10,814 bases of DNA from Bacteriovoracaceae bacterium (GTDB lineage: Bacteria; Bdellovibrionota; Bacteriovoracia; Bacteriovoracales; Bacteriovoracaceae), in contig JBFGZE010000099.1 in the NCBI GenBank assembly GCA_041586955.1, positions 1 through 10,814 of the forward strand, given 5' to 3'. Within the stretch, counting starts at the first letter, position 1, and every line of letters starts with the position of its first letter. Shown here piece after piece: positions 8,885-10,814 of the stretch. Below the pieces are notes generated by a model. It did not search any database. It was not told the origin of the DNA and saw only the letters and a program-made list of their open reading frames with translations. A program made the translations under genes and the position numbers.

Positions 8885-8913
8885 ACTTTAGAAGATTCTC
8901 TTTATAAAAGCAA
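8885..8913 (-). promoter_or_regulatory. candidate sigma70 promoter in intergenic region
   Basis: On the - strand: TTGCTT (8913-8908), 17 nt, TAAAGT (8890-8885), with an AT-rich upstream tract. Confidence 0.45.
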
Positions 8914-8966
8914 GTCTTTCTTTCAGAAAAAAAGAACTAGCTTATGTGATTAATATTATTGAGACG

Positions 8967-10292
8967 CTAACTCTGGCAGTGTGCCGAAAGGTGGTCAATT
9001 TTTTTCATGTAAGCCGATGTTAAGGATTTTTCAAACTCCTTGTTGTTTTGATATCCCTTGCCAAAGATTTTTGGCCATAGCTCTTTTTTCTCCATACAGA
9101 GATAAAAGAAGACATTTTCTTTCCATTCCTTTGAGAAACTATCATAAAGGTTTTTAAATAATTCAATTTTAATATCTTCAGGATAGGAAAGCTTACCACT
9201 CGCTTCTACGAGTTTAATTTTCAAGATATTGGAGTATATTTTCTTTTTTCTAATTGCTCGAATCGTGGGTTTTGTAAAAGTGAGAGTTCCAATGGAAATC
9301 ATGGCAATCTGTTCAGGCCTGAATTGATATTGGATATCTTGGGCAATCTTTTTATACTCCGCCTGATGATTATGGGAATAGATCATAGGGTGAAAGTGAA
9401 AACCAATAAGGATTCTCTTTTTGGACAAGGCCTTTGCGGCCTTTAAACGGTCGCCTAAGGAAGCTGTACTAATCTCTTCAGTTTTAATAATAGAGTCTGG
9501 ATTAAGAGACCATGTGACAATAACATTTTTAGGAATATCATTTTTTAAGAAGTAGTTTATATTCTTAGACTTGGTCTTAAATTCCAGAATAATATTAGGA
9601 TTTTCTTTAGCAAAAATCATAAGCTGATCTAATACACCTCCTTGATTACCTATAAAAAGTGAATCGGAAGATTGCCCAGTCCCGATATGGTAGATTTTTT
9701 CTTTCTCAAAATTAAAAGCTTGAAGCTTGCTTAGGAGTGATTTTTTATAGAAGATTTTATTGTGAGGGTAAAAAGATTGAATAGAGCAGTAGCTACATTC
9801 AAACCCACAATTTTCCACAGCATCTAGAGTCATTAAATTACAGCATAGAGTCTTTTCCGAAGATACTGGGCATTCTCCTAATATTTTTTTGTTAGACGTA
9901 ATCTCTACTGATTTTAAATCTACGTTTGTTAATTTTTGGTAGTTATTTTTTAAAATATTATCGAAATTATATATCTTAGAATCAGATTGAACTTTTTGAT
10001 ACTCTTGAGTAATTTGAGAAAAGATTTTTCTTTTGATTTGGGGAAGGTTGTCCTTTGTTTTAGGTTCAAACTTTTCCCAAAATGTTTTCACACCACCCAG
10101 GCCCCACATGTGTAGGTCAATAGATATTTCTGTTAATTTTACAAACTGCTGGAAGGAAAGGTTAAACTCCAGAGCTTTTTCAATAAGAAATCCCTGCTCG
10201 GCTGGGGCCATGGAGTTATATAATGGGGTCGCTTCCAATTGTTTAATTTTTTTAGCATTCTCTAATCTCTGATCCATAAAACCAATTACCAT
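8967..10292 (-). CDS. spore photoproduct lyase (SplB)-like radical SAM protein, ~441 aa (start 10292 or 10277)
   Basis: CxxxCxxC motif (NCGFECSYCSIQ) plus SPL-family motifs HIGTGQSSDSL, LEFKTKS, WSLNP, RLKAA, GFHFHPMI and FYLCME. Confidence 0.88.
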   Translation of the reverse strand: MVIGFMDQRLENAKKIKQLEATPLYNSMAPAEQGFLIEKALEFNLSFQQFVKLTEISIDLHMWGLGGVKTFWEKFEPKTKDNLPQIKRKIFSQITQEYQKVQSDSKIYNFDNILKNNYQKLTNVDLKSVEITSNKKILGECPVSSEKTLCCNLMTLDAVENCGFECSYCSIQSFYPHNKIFYKKSLLSKLQAFNFEKEKIYHIGTGQSSDSLFIGNQGGVLDQLMIFAKENPNIILEFKTKSKNINYFLKNDIPKNVIVTWSLNPDSIIKTEEISTASLGDRLKAAKALSKKRILIGFHFHPMIYSHNHQAEYKKIAQDIQYQFRPEQIAMISIGTLTFTKPTIRAIRKKKIYSNILKIKLVEASGKLSYPEDIKIELFKNLYDSFSKEWKENVFFYLCMEKKELWPKIFGKGYQNNKEFEKSLTSAYMKKIDHLSAHCQS

Positions 10293-10524
10293 AGGAGAAT
10301 TAAAAATCTCTGATTTAAGTCAGCAGAATTAGTGTATTCTGGAAAAGGCCAATTGAGATATCAAGCGCCAAGCTTGGAGTAATGACATATAACTCTAGCA
10401 CAAAAAGCTTGGGTACTCTCTGCGGTCTCGCCCCATCTCTAGAACTTCCAGAAAAAAGACCCTTTTAGTGTGGATGGCACCTATCATGTTGTAGAATTCG
10501 TCATTCCCTGAGGAGTGAAACACA

Positions 10525-10635
10525 ATGATTAGAGCAAAATTTAAAAAAGTCCGGCTTGCTAACAAAATTAAAAATTTAGATATAACCGAAATTCGCAAAC
10601 TAGAAGCATATAAAATAAATTATACGCAGATATAA
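10525..10635 (+). CDS. putative small basic protein, 36 aa (MIRAKFKKVRLANKIKNLDITEIRKLEAYKINYTQI)
   Basis: RBS GAGGAG at 10510-10515, ATG at 10525, stop at 10633-10635 within a hairpin. It is shorter than any ORF in the supplied track. Confidence 0.45.
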   Translation: MIRAKFKKVRLANKIKNLDITEIRKLEAYKINYTQI

Positions 10636-10661
10636 TGGGCCTTTTGCCCATTATTTCGTTT
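10632..10661 (+). terminator. terminator-like hairpin
   Basis: Perfect 9-bp inverted repeat ATAATGGGC-ctttt-GCCCATTAT (10632-10654), followed by TTCGTTT. Confidence 0.45.
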
Positions 10662-10814
10662 CCACCATTTTTCGGATTATACGGCCCAGCGTCTACGGCC
10701 GTGCAAAATGAAAAAGCCTTTGAAATGAATTATTGTTTTAGTCGCTACAACACCAACAAAAATTCACCAAAGGCTTCCGAACTTGAAAGATATCCAGATT
10801 GAATCGACAAATAA

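Noticed and set aside
10033..10598. ORFs 10033-10272 (+) and 10395-10598 (-)
   Set aside because: The first is antisense to the SPL-like gene. The second has a non-ATG start, no SD, and overlaps the better-supported 36-aa ORF.
10290..10814. Possible 6S RNA, tmRNA, riboswitch, CsrB-like RNA, retron msr-msd or DGR template
   Set aside because: No diagnostic consensus motifs, only about five scattered GGA motifs, and no reverse transcriptase in the window.
1..10814. CRISPR array, IS, prophage or defence system
   Set aside because: No regularly spaced repeats, and no transposase, integrase, nuclease or phage-like proteins were recognised.

Overview
AT-rich (roughly 35% GC by eye) bacterial chromosomal window. 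Gene style suggests Bdellovibrionota/Bacteriovoracaceae, but this is inference only. It contains a + strand efflux operon (5'-truncated TolC-family protein, AcrB/RND transporter, TetR regulator) with no periplasmic adaptor visible, a convergent MFS transporter, three hypothetical membrane or secreted proteins (one TPR/coiled-coil), and a - strand spore-photoproduct-lyase-like radical SAM protein. No mobile element, CRISPR array, tRNA or rRNA is recognisable. The best leads are: a candidate ~130-nt sRNA bounded by a promoter and terminator (8749-8878); an SPL-like enzyme lacking the canonical Tyr99/Cys141 residues; about 5-fold enrichment of GGCC; an unannotated 36-aa ORF with a strong RBS; an internal tetR promoter; and a probably leaderless MFS gene. 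I cannot support a clear-cut novel multi-gene system from sequence alone.
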